The notes under the pieces: generated by a model
Database searches by the model: none
The model's input: the letters and a program-made list of their open reading frames with translations, nothing else
Told to the model about the DNA's origin: nothing
Made by a program: the position numbers and the translations under genes
Shown here: positions 52,828-64,000 of the stretch, in pieces
How positions within the stretch are numbered: the stretch's first letter is position 1
Layout: each line of letters begins with the position of its first letter
Assembly: GCA_964304625.1 (NCBI GenBank)
Contig: OZ199838.1
Location: 3,560,440-3,624,439 of the forward strand
Source: Kudoa neothunni
Taxonomy: Eukaryota > Animalia > Cnidaria
Reading direction: 5' to 3'
DNA length: 64,000 nucleotides

Positions 52828-54265
52828 TTGATCTTAAATATATCGGAATATTATCAAAATATTAACGTTAGAGGAAATTTAATTATTGGAATTAATTTTA
52901 AAAGTTTTTAATGACTGATTGATATCCAGTTAAGACGAATTAAAATAAAATTAATCCAAATGGTTCAACCTTCCCACAAACACACAAACATGTTAATATT
53001 GGAATTAACGTATGTGTAAGTTGTTACCTCTTGAGCTGGCCCAGTATTAATAAAAATAATCATTAACATTTATGAGGAAATTAATATCAAGGTGATAATA
53101 AAATTAAAAACATTTACTTACTCTCCGATAATTGGCCTGTTACTGTTATGTAGATTTAGATTATTAATTTAGGTAATGATATTTACGTAGATCATTTGTT
53201 CATTTCGCTATGTGTGACGTTGTCGAAGCGCAATTTATTGTTAAAAAATAATAATTTTCCAGAGTACATATTTTTTGTGCACAGTTAAAGCAGATAAAAT
53301 AACAATAAAAACAAAAACAACACACGCACGCGCACGCACGCACACATATTTTAATAACATTACAAAATCTATGCACACGAACGCATTATTAGGCTTTATT
53401 CGCATAATTCAAATGAAAATATCTAATATATATATATATATACATACATTTATTTATATATATAGATTGAAATAAGTTTTCTTGTTACATTAAAAAATAT
53501 AACGACACACAGTAAATAATTATAACTTTTAATCTGCTAGAATGTACGGGTGAGAATACAGCTAATGAGTATCTTGTGTGTTATTAAGATAATCATAAAG
53601 TTGATCACAAATATTAATTATCGCAATAACTACGGCATAGAATAACGTTATTTGTATTTTCTAAATAACATTTTGAGATTTGTTATGTCGTTCCAATGCA
53701 ATAATACCAACCAATTCAATCATAATAAAATTAATGTTTGCAAACATCCCCAAAAAGGTAAATAAATAATTAAATTATAATGAAAGAATAAAATTAAACA
53801 ACTTAAGAGGATAATCTCTTCTTAATTTGAGTAGTTACATTCGACTTCGATTTTCAAATTAAAACTAATTACCTTAACTATAAAATTGAATATGAAACAA
53901 ACTCGATTATTTTGAACAGCCTAGTCGATAATCGACACAATATCTGATAGACAAAAATTTTGTAATCCACAGTAAACCCATGGGGAATAGAATGATGCTT
54001 CAAAACACTCACCGCAGCAATAAAATTGATTCATGATTTAGCGCGCGCATCACAAGCGATACTGATTTTGCTGGAGAGTGTTGCAAATTTTTTTCGAAAC
54101 GAAGCTTCAAATTAGGTGTGATTTTATTCGAGATTGATTTGTTGTGGTGATTAACAATAAATTTTTGAATTATTATCCATATATCATGGGAATCGAACGA
54201 AGGCTCTAATCGTCAACAATTATCGCTAAGCAATTATTCTTTAGATACCAAGATATATAGAAAGA

Positions 54266-55680
54266 ATGGGATCGATCGATGGACATAATGAGAGTTTTAA
54301 TATTGAAGAGAGTTGGTCTTGTGTACGTCGAAAGACAAATAAAAAGACGTTCGAATTTAATGTGATGATATTAGGTTGTTTTTATCTTTAGCGTTATCTT
54401 TATTGAGGATTGATTCGATAATTATACAACAGGATCACAAGGAATTGGAAAAACATCTTTGATAAAGGAATTGTACGAGTTTGAGTTGGTGGAGTGTGCT
54501 CCTGCGTATAAAGCTGAAACCCACTTTTTGTACTACACTAAAACAAACATGAATGAGGGTCCACGTTATCCACCAGTAATTGTGCACTCTCAGAAACATG
54601 AATTGGACAGAGGAAGACATAAAATTGGATTGAGTATTATTGAGGCGCCAATGTTAGGCGAAGCGTTGGATAGTCGAAAATGGTAAACACTTAGCTGCTC
54701 CGCTTTTATATGCACTATTTGTCGTGTGATTTGTTGATTGGGGTTTTTAAGTTGGGAGCCATTGAGTGAATACATCGATTCGAAATTCGAGGATTATCTC
54801 ACACAAGAAACCAGCATAAATCGAAGGAATATAGTGGACAATCGAGTCCATTGTGTGCTTTATTTGATTGATGCTAACAAAAACAAGTTTCTCTATAAAA
54901 AAATCTCTACCAATTGTCTCATTCACTTATTAGACTTACTCAATTGGACATTGAAGTGATGAGGAGCATCTCAAGCAAATGTAATATTTTTCCAGTGTTA
55001 GCGAAAGTTGATATGGTTGATCCTGGGGATTTGTTCCAAATTAAAAACACTGTAAACTTAACTGTTAATCGATGATAATGTTGATGTGTTGATAGATTAG
55101 AAAACAACTGGAAGAAGAAAAAATCCATGTCTATCCATTCCCAGATTATGACGATGAAGATACTGAGGAGTTTAATAATGTGAACACATTTCTGAAAGTT
55201 ATTCGTTATATTGTTTGTGGTGAATTGATCCTATTTTTACTGTTAGAATAATTATCCATTGAGTGTGGTTTCTGGTGGACATTTTTCACCACATGACAAC
55301 AACTATGTACGTATGTATCCATGGGGAAAATTGTTAAGTAAATATTCGGTTAATTTCCTCAAAAATACCATATTTTTATAGCTAGTGATCCAAAAATCAG
55401 TAATATCAATGTTCTAAAAACAATCCTTAGAAGGTGTGTTATTGGTTGGAGAATTTTATTTTATGGAATAAATACTGATAATATGCGTTTTTATTATTAA
55501 GAACCCATGTGACCGATTTCAAAGATGTCACCGAACAAGTTCACTATGAAAATTATCGATCATGGCGTCTTGCCAAATCTCAATCGAACCAACGTCCCAT
55601 TGTTGAAACTAGGTAGAATTACTGAAAACGCTGGATGATATTTGTACTGTTTATTGTTATATAGAGAAACAATTATGTAG
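54266..55680 (+). CDS. Divergent septin (closest to SEPT2-group motifs), 9 coding exons
   Basis: [61 protein letters not shown] and VHYENYR. All exons in frame. Confidence 0.9.
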
Positions 55681-58600
55681 AACCTCACCTAAAGATTCTT
55701 CTTAACTAATACAACAACTCTATTACCAAAATTATTATTTATTATTAAATTGAGCTTTTTTTAATTGCGAATTAAAGTATATATTATAGTGATAATGTGC
55801 GGGAAATTGAATTTAGATTGGAATAATTTTTGATAAGTTTTTTTTATGTAAATTGTGGATTTTCCAATATGTGCATCGTAAAAAATAATTGATACGTTGT
55901 TATTTTTTTGTTTTAATCCGTTTTCATTTTTCCTTATTTTAATGTAAGGAATACATGTTTTGCTAGACGCGTTTAATTCTAAGACTAAATGAATGAAACT
56001 TTAAAATATCAAAATTACACCAGAATTATAAAACGAAATTATCTTTACTTAATCCTTGGAGTTAGTTCTACATTACAAGAAGATTGATTACACCTCAAAT
56101 TAGTGTAATTTATTCCTTATCGTATATAGAGGCGTTTATAGAAGGGCCGCGGAGATCGTTTTCTCATCAAAATGTGGTGCGAGTCCAATTTGAGTTAGGA
56201 AGCGTTGTATTAGAGTTTCTAAAGGTGTCACTTCATGAGGGATTAAGCGCAAAAACATTAATATTAATCAAGTCTACAATATGTTTTATCATCATAACGT
56301 AGTTTGTTATATGAAAATTTAGCTTGATTATCTGCGCTCCGCTAAATCAATGAAAGACAAACCTAGAGTCCTCGCAATAATTTTAGGGGTCCATGAGAAG
56401 GTTTTTACTCTTTAAAAATATATTTGATTAAATTAGTCTGCCGTGAATTCATTTCCTGGTTACAATAAAAAACAATTTGAAAATTTAATTCTGGAATAAT
56501 AATGATAATATCATGAATATACTTCATATACTTTAGTGTTTTTATTCATTTAACTTAGCCGACCAGGGGTGTATGAACCTAAAAGGTTATGAAATACTGA
56601 ATCAAATAGTTAACTGATATTGCATTGTAAGAATGGTTTTTATAACTTAATTTTTTAATGTAAGTCTTATTGAATAATTGAAAATTATGAATTTTTAACC
56701 TGAATTTCCGAAGAAATGCAAACAGTTATACGCAATAACACCACCATAGCCAAAAGAATAACGTAACACGTCTTGTCGCGGATAAATGAAGAACTATTAA
56801 TAATTAGTTTCTGTAATTTAATTATGTATATATTTATTAATTACTTAGGTAATAGGTATTTAAAATTTAATGAGGATTTTATAGTCCAGATCAAGTGTGA
56901 GGCGTATCAGCCGAGATTCATGATAGCACATGCAAGGTCATATGGAATCAGAAGTCTTTTGAATAAACTATTAATCAAGAAACAATCACTTTAGAAATAA
57001 AAATTATATCGAATCTTTTACATCATAAAATTCGCACGCAACAACAAAAAAAATAGTGAGATGATGTGTGTTTTTATAAGATAACTTATAATAATGAATT
57101 AGATGATAAAAAAATATATATTAGTAAATATTGAAATAATTTTATTAATTTCATACTTTGAATTTTTTTAATTTTGCATACTATTCTCGCATAATCGTTT
57201 GAGGATTACCAAATTTTAATATATCAAGCATTATCCCATGCTAGTATTTTGATTATGATAAAAAAGCTTTTTATTTATAATGGGGAAAATATTTTTTAGT
57301 TTTGAATTTTTTTTAAACTTTTTATATTTAATTTTCAAAATACTACCCAATTATTGTCAAAATTCCATTCGCGATCCTTTAAAAATAATTTTATTGGCAA
57401 TATTATCGGCTTAGACTTTTTAATAATTTCTAAAAAAAATCTTTACATGCAGTATTCATTGTTAACAAATTTTAATACATAGTTAGTTAAAAAATAATAG
57501 TAATATATATTTATCTTACTTAAAAAAAAATTATTAGATAAACACATAAATATATATCGTTTTTTGTTCTTTAGTTTATGAAAACATTGATTATTACGTA
57601 TTACTTATTCAAAATTAAATCGATTGCATAACTTTTAACATCGGCATACATAAACCAATAATTAATACAGCACACAAATGTTTATATTGCTAATCACGTG
57701 ACAATCGATACAGGAATAAAACGTTGTGAATGGTGACCGACTATTAAAATAGTCTAATTAAAAGTCATGATATTTAAGTTACTCAATAAAAATTGAATCA
57801 TTTTAATTAATACTTATAACGGGAGAATAAAACGATTACGTGGAATTTCGTTAATCCGAATTCGATTATTGGTTTTCGCGCATAATTAATGATAATACAT
57901 TTATTGAATTTCGATTTCCACACAAAAATCACACATGACACCTGAGAGCACAGCCAAATTTTGGTTTAATGTATTTCTAATTGAGTAAACTCGCATATTT
58001 GAACCCATTAAGATTTGTGGGGTCATTTTTGACTCAGTCAACATCATTTGATTATTTTTTACGGTTATATAATTTTTCAAACGTATTAAAGCAGAATTTA
58101 TAATATAAAAAAATCTTTTCAATTCATATATTGTATAGTTATAAAGTAGTTTTATCCTCAATATACCGTTCATTTTTTTCAGAAGGGATCGTTTGAACTC
58201 TGAAGTGAAAAGATATTTTAGTTCTTTCATCAATATCTGCATCGGCTTAATAAATAGTTACCTAACATATATTTATTTGAAAATACCGTAGAAAATAAGA
58301 ATTTGAATATTTTTGGATGCATTCATTATTTTTTTTATATAATCACGTTAGGGTTAATAGACAACATGAGATTTTTCCGTTTTGTATAAAAAATGATGGA
58401 AATTATAAAATATAACAACCCTTCTTTTAAATAAAGTATAAAATTCGTTCGCGATCCTTAACATATGCTTATTATCATTTTAATATCAAAGCTTTTTACT
58501 TGAAAGAACCATAAACGCCTCCACAATATAATTATCAAAATGTTGGTTTTACAAATTTTTAAGTCATAATATATAAAATAGACTATTAAAGCCAATATTA

Positions 58601-59442
58601 ATTGATAAATGTTAATATTGTATTTATCTATCAGCCAACTTTTAAATCGTATAATTATTCTTCTATTTCGAATAATTATTAATTCTGTTTCATCTAATTT
58701 TTTATAAAATGCTCACATTAATTAATATTTTGAAATACCCCGCTTATAAAAACATAAATGAGTTATTTTTTTGAATAACTATAAACAGATTAGATCGTTA
58801 GTTAAAGTTATAACTTAAATCGCATTGAGGAAATCCTGTAACGTATCACATCATCCATATCACGTTCACTTTTTTTAAACAATTTTATCAAAAATGGCTT
58901 CATCGGCGTATTATTTTCACCGAAAGGGATTGGTAATTGATAGGCTCAAGGTTATTAGCGTGTTGGTTGTTCAAATTATAACAGTAAGGATAATACCTGG
59001 GAGGAGTTAATTATCTGACGCTACACATATTTTTTAATAATAATTAAAATATCTTTACGCAGTTTCAATTATAAATATTATGGTTTCAGTCAGCGACGAC
59101 GCAGGTAACGAGATATTATAAAAAGGGGCGCATGCACAAAATTACCTATGAATATCTTTTGGTAGATGTATAAGAGAACTATTTTGCAAAATAAACGAAA
59201 TTCATAATAGCTTCAAAATTTATAAACACGCAAAAACCTACTCGATACAAATAGATAATCCTCTCAAGTGTAAGTACAATTAAAAACCCGAATAAATCCA
59301 TGGAAATAGGATAGAAAAGAATCTCAGATATGTTTTAATAAGAGGCGAACGTTTTTCTCACGAAAAACTTTAAATATCACGATGCGTGATTCTATTAATA
59401 ATCGACAAATAACCTCGTCTACCTTCGTGTTAAGTATTTTTA

Positions 59443-60688
59443 ATGTCCGGAGACGGTTTTCATCATCAACCAAACGATCCTTCTTTGGAAGGATCTCATC
59501 AAGATGATAGAATATACTATTGCTACAAGTGTGAAAGGGAATTCTCATCAAACGAACTCGTATAATGTGTTTGCGCTTGAGATTTATGTGAGTTATGTGT
59601 GTAGACTGCGAACTGTATTTTTTGCAATGAGGGTTTTATCACAGAGATGACCCAATCAAATTTTCATAGGTATAATGTGCGAATTGGTTTGTTGTGGTAG
59701 ATGCTAATTGAAGGGTTTGCTGTAGTGAGTCGGATTGGTTCAATGAACATGATTTTCCTATTGACTATGCTCCATTGGAGGTGAATCTTTTTGGTTGGGA
59801 TTTTTTTAGAGGCGATATTAAATTTTTATGTAATGTAATATATAAAATAGCAGAATGAAAGCAGTGAAAATAGCTATCCTCGTACAATAAATTCAGCCAT
59901 GGGGGAGACTGGAGGCAGTGACGAAAATTCAATCCAATCCGACCCTAGAGCAGATGGTAATTTTATAAGGTTGTTTTCTGGAAATGGCAATCCTCACTCC
60001 AATCATATCAGCCGAAAGTAACACATTTTCCAATACACAATCGACTTTTTCCACACCACTCACAATTGTATTAGTATAAGACATGTGCTTGAAATTTTGG
60101 ATCAGTTCAGCCCTCAAGGTGTTGATTTGAATAACAATCAAGATATGTAATTAGTAGCGTTTGATTAATGTTACTGAGATTCTCAATTGAGTAATAGTAA
60201 TTTTCATGATTACAACGTTTTCGAATTCAATGCCAGTGGCAATTTGTTGACTGACGTAAGTCTGATTAGTTGATCGCATCTTTCAAAATGACGATTGAAA
60301 TTATATTCCAATTAGTTGCTGGCCAGATTTCGTCCTATTCTAGAGGAAAACTTTTCTAACAACGCTCTCATCAATAATCTACCCACTTTTAAAATTGATG
60401 AATCCAATATATGTATTGATTGTTGTTTTTGACGTGACAACAATGTGTTGATTGACAATTGATTAGCCAAGTACAAAGGTGTCACCTGTCTTATTTGTCG
60501 TGACGACCTTGTTATGGACGACCGACTCAAGATACTACCTTGTCAACACGAATTCCATGACGAATGTGTTGTCACGTGGCTGAAAATGGTAGTCCTTGCT
60601 CTCGCATTGATTCCACAAATTCTAATTCTATTCCAATTTGATGTAGAGAGATTCATGCCCTGTATGTAGAAAGAAACTTAGCGAATAA
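59443..60688 (+). CDS. RNF115/RNF126-like E3 ubiquitin ligase (zinc ribbon plus RING-H2), 9 exons
   Basis: YYCYKC...CIFCNEGFITEM N-terminal zinc finger; CLICRDD...LPCQHEFHDECVVTWLKM|RDSCPVCRKKL RING-H2. Missed by the ORF track because exons are short. Confidence 0.88.
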
Positions 60689-61482
60689 TATTGTGCTGAA
60701 TTTGTACTACTAAACTTGCTTTTCTTTTATTTTACCAATATTTTTCATGTTGTACTATAACTAATTGTGTTTTAATTGGTTTTTGATGTGTTTAACAGAT
60801 TTTAAGTTTTATGAAAATTGGTTTTTAAATTTTGACTTCGTCAATAAAAATTTGTATCGCATAACCTTTTTTTAATTTTCTTTAAGAGTAATTAATTAGT
60901 TTTCTCGAACTTGTGTTTCTGTTCCATTATGAGCACTTGCGTAATTATTGCAAGTTGTTACGCCTCATTGAAATTTTTAACTTGTTCAATGATTATTATT
61001 TATTATTACTAAACTTTTATGGGATTACGAATTCTGTTACGCTTCGATGAAAATATGCATGTTTTACTTTGTTGGTTAGGGTTAGGAAATTTCTTGATGT
61101 TGACATTTGTTTACAAATTTTTATTTTATGGGGTAGTGAAATTATGCCACCGAATATTGGTAGGGTTGGCTTGATTTTGGCTTATAATTAGCGACTCGAA
61201 CATGTTAAAAGCTTCGTTTTTAGCTAGATCATCAAGATTTGTTCAATTTAATAACAGTTATTATAAATTTGGATTAGGGTAGAATTTTAAATATTATGGC
61301 AGTTGATTTTTTTATAATTTATCCGCATTCGTTCTTTACCAACAGTGAACCAAAAAATAGCTGAAGCACAAGGGCGGAAATTATGTTTCCTCCAACAAAA
61401 TAGTCTAGAAGAATTGACTTTCATTTAATTAATGATAATGAGCCGATACTAGGCAGTCCAATAGCCATTTCTTCTACCTAAT

Positions 61483-61550
61483 GAGTGCGAGGAGATGTCA
61501 GAACACTGGACTTCGAATGCCGAGGTTGCAAGTTCAATTCCTGACTTCGA
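61483..61550 (+). pseudogene. tRNA-like relic or tRNA-derived SINE head
   Basis: GGA-CTTCGAA-T anticodon-like loop (TCG) followed at tRNA spacing by GCAAG-TTCAATT-CCTG; stems mismatched, no acceptor stem. Confidence 0.3.
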
Positions 61551-62203
61551 TAACGAAAAGTTTCTGCAGTGTGCGTCATTATTCCACAATTAAAGCCATG
61601 GTTAGAGTGTATGCCCATCATTGTGTACAATGCTGTTACATTACTCTATCCATGAGAGGGTAGGATCAGGCGTTTCAATCTTCTAGTACGTATGGAGCTA
61701 ATGAATTTATTGAAGTTTCCATAGAACTAAATCTATTGATTTTTTAATTGGGAGATGTTTGTCCAAAGTTGAAAATGTAAGCGAGGAAAGATCTCGTACT
61801 TTCCTAAGGCAAAAAATAAAGCGGGGGATTGGTTACATACGATGTGACTCGACATATTTCCTGCAGAGTTCACGGAGCTGGCCTGACCAGTCAGTAATTT
61901 ACAGCCTAATATAATATTCCAGAGGTTTTACCTTGTCAATTAAAAGAAACCCAACGATATTTGTAGGAGGTTGCTTGAACAGGAGTCATATAATATGAAC
62001 ACAATAAGATAATACGGAATTATTTATTAATATATTTTGATAATAGACATTTTTATTTATTAATAGATTTAAATTTTTTTAAGATTAAATAATTCTAAAG
62101 GAATTGAAAAATTTTTCGGTATGTTAATAAAGGCAAATATTCCGATGTAATTATTTATACCTATCTTAAGTAATGAAGTGCATGCCCACATCTACAACTT
62201 GAA

Positions 62204-62739
62204 CAGGGATTCTCAACCGGATGTAAATTTTAATTCACAGGAAATAAATTAAATAACATCAAAATTAGAGCCAATTTTTAACAACTATTTGTAAAGCTAC
62301 TATCATTTTCTTTCTTTCACGCCTCGTTTATCTTTTATGGACGTGACCGAATAATAATAATTAATAAAAATAATGATAATAATACTTAAAATGGCTACTT
62401 GCATAGTAAATAATACTCCGTCGCCATTAATGTTGACTATTTTTAATTATTTCTGAATCATAAGAGAGGAGATATGGGACAAATATTATTGAATCTGACC
62501 ATGTTTAAAAAACTAAATCTGTAGACAGCTTGTGACTAAGACTTATTGGGGTTAAAAATTGTCATTTCACTGGCGTACATGCCTTTTGGATTAAAATTTA
62601 CCATGCAAATAGCCTCTGCCTAAGCTAAAACATTATATAACCATACGATAAATATGAATTTAGCTTCCAAGTTAAGGGGAAATTTGGATTTTTCACCAAG
62701 CCGAGGGGAGAAATTTGAAAATACGGTTGAGAACCCCTG
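62204..62739. mobile_element. hAT (Charlie/Buster-like) non-autonomous element
   Basis: 16-bp TIR CAGGG(A/G)TTCTCAACCG; flanking 8-mers AACTTGAA and GACTAGAG (5/8 identical, one with central TA). Confidence 0.75.
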
Positions 62740-63026
62740 GACTAGAGTATAGAGGTAACGAAATTTGTTGTAAACGATTAATTCGTATGATAAACATTAA
62801 CTGTAAGGAGAGATTTAAAATATACGAAATTCTTATTTTTTGTAGAGTCTTAAACTTATTGAAATGAAGGCATTTATAATAAATACTATTTTTTTAAATG
62901 GAAGTTTTGCGGAAATGAATGAGTTAAAGCTAACAACTAACACTAACATGTATAAATTAAAGTTGTTGGGGGAAAAATGAAAAACATAAAAATTCACTCA
63001 ATTTACAAATATAATACATAATACAT

Positions 63027-63987
63027 TTAGGTAAGTTTGGTGTTTTTTGGGTTGATCTCAATTATGAGATAAATGATCAATGGTAGGGAGGTTATTAACA
63101 TCACCGTTAGCATTGTAAAAACAATGTAGCTAAGTTGCGACACAGTGAAATCTATGTCAGAGCTTTTGTAGCAATATCGAAGATTTCTGCCTACATCAAA
63201 TAAAGTTATTAATGGGGTAAACTAAATAGAATGTTTCTAAAAAATGTATTATTGCTTACTGTGTAGCGTTGGTCCAGTGATATCGGATTGGAAATTTTTT
63301 CTTCCATTATCCCCACAGTTGGTTATGGCAAAGCCGATTCTGTCATTTTTTCGATCAAACACCACATAGAAACCCTCCAAGACGACAGCACCGATCACAG
63401 TAGCTTTTTCGCTTGCACTTATTGCAAATCGATAACAACTTTGTCCTCCGTCAATCAAATTGTCCGTAATTTCTCTTAGGTACATCTAAATAGTGTGGTT
63501 CATTTATTAGAGATTTACAAACAAGATTGTTACTTGTGGCGTGATATGGAGCTGGAAATCGTGAAAACTACCCATTGTTGATAGCAATGAAAGTTCTATT
63601 GTAGGAAGATAAAGATAGGCAAAACTGGCTTTCTCCCAGCACATGAACTGTCTTCCAAACCAAAAATCATCGGGAATATCTCCCAGCTTAAAAAATAGTT
63701 TTTTATTGGTGCATTGGTAATTTTACGATTTATCAGAAAATATATTTTACTTTTTGATATTTTTTTAGGTGTTCTACCAGCTCGTTGAAAGCTTGTTCTT
63801 CCAAGCGGAGATTGGTGGTGCCGGTATCAATTATTGTACGTTCCTTGTTGTACGCACTACAATCGAGAGGTAGCGTATAGTTGTCCACTTTGATTGACGT
63901 TAACACCACCTCGTAGTACCAACGCCGAATTATTGGTGTGTAAAGGATTTCACCTGTATACATTGATTCTTCAATTCCACCAAACAC
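63027..63987 (-). CDS. BACE: Beta-secretase (BACE)-like aspartic protease, 3' part; 5' end off-window
   Basis: YTPIIRRWYYEV, YNKERTIIDTGTTNLRL, IPDDFWFG, VIGAVVLEGFYVVFDRKNDRIGFA and a C-terminal TM helix. Confidence 0.93.
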
Positions 63988-64000
63988 CTACACAAAAATC

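Noticed and set aside
61076-61087. GGTTAGGGTTAGG telomere-like repeat
   Set aside because: Fewer than three units; expected by chance or as TE debris.
1-64000. Functional clustering of endolysosomal/proteostasis genes; alternative genetic code; CRISPR or prokaryotic systems
   Set aside because: The genes are unrelated housekeeping loci on mixed strands; spliced ORFs read cleanly in the standard code; no repeat-spacer arrays or operons were seen.

Overview
AT-rich eukaryotic genomic DNA, most likely from a compact, fast-evolving animal (it carries BACE, TFG, SZT2 and RNF115/126 homologues; the species cannot be identified from this window). Ten intron-rich genes were reconstructed by hand: SZT2 (3' part off-window), NOC2L, clueless/CLUH, PSMG1, a ClC-3/4/5-type transporter, CDK9, a TFG-like PB1 protein, a divergent septin, RNF115/126 and BACE (5' part off-window). 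Most introns are about 40-100 nt GT-AG with very weak donors. The few kb-scale introns and the intergenic spacers are filled with decayed DNA transposons: several piggyBac-type families (some nested), one Merlin, one pogo/Tigger-like MITE and one hAT-Charlie-like element. The most notable signals are: (1) an intact ClC exchanger with both central anion-binding residues replaced (Scen->Gly, Ycen->His) but both glutamates kept; (2) eroded 5' splice sites across all genes; (3) a septin that has lost its DxxG motif; (4) three +1 frameshifts confined to the clueless 3' end; (5) nested transposons with family-specific palindromic subterminal motifs. Gene identities come from recalled motifs, not database searches.
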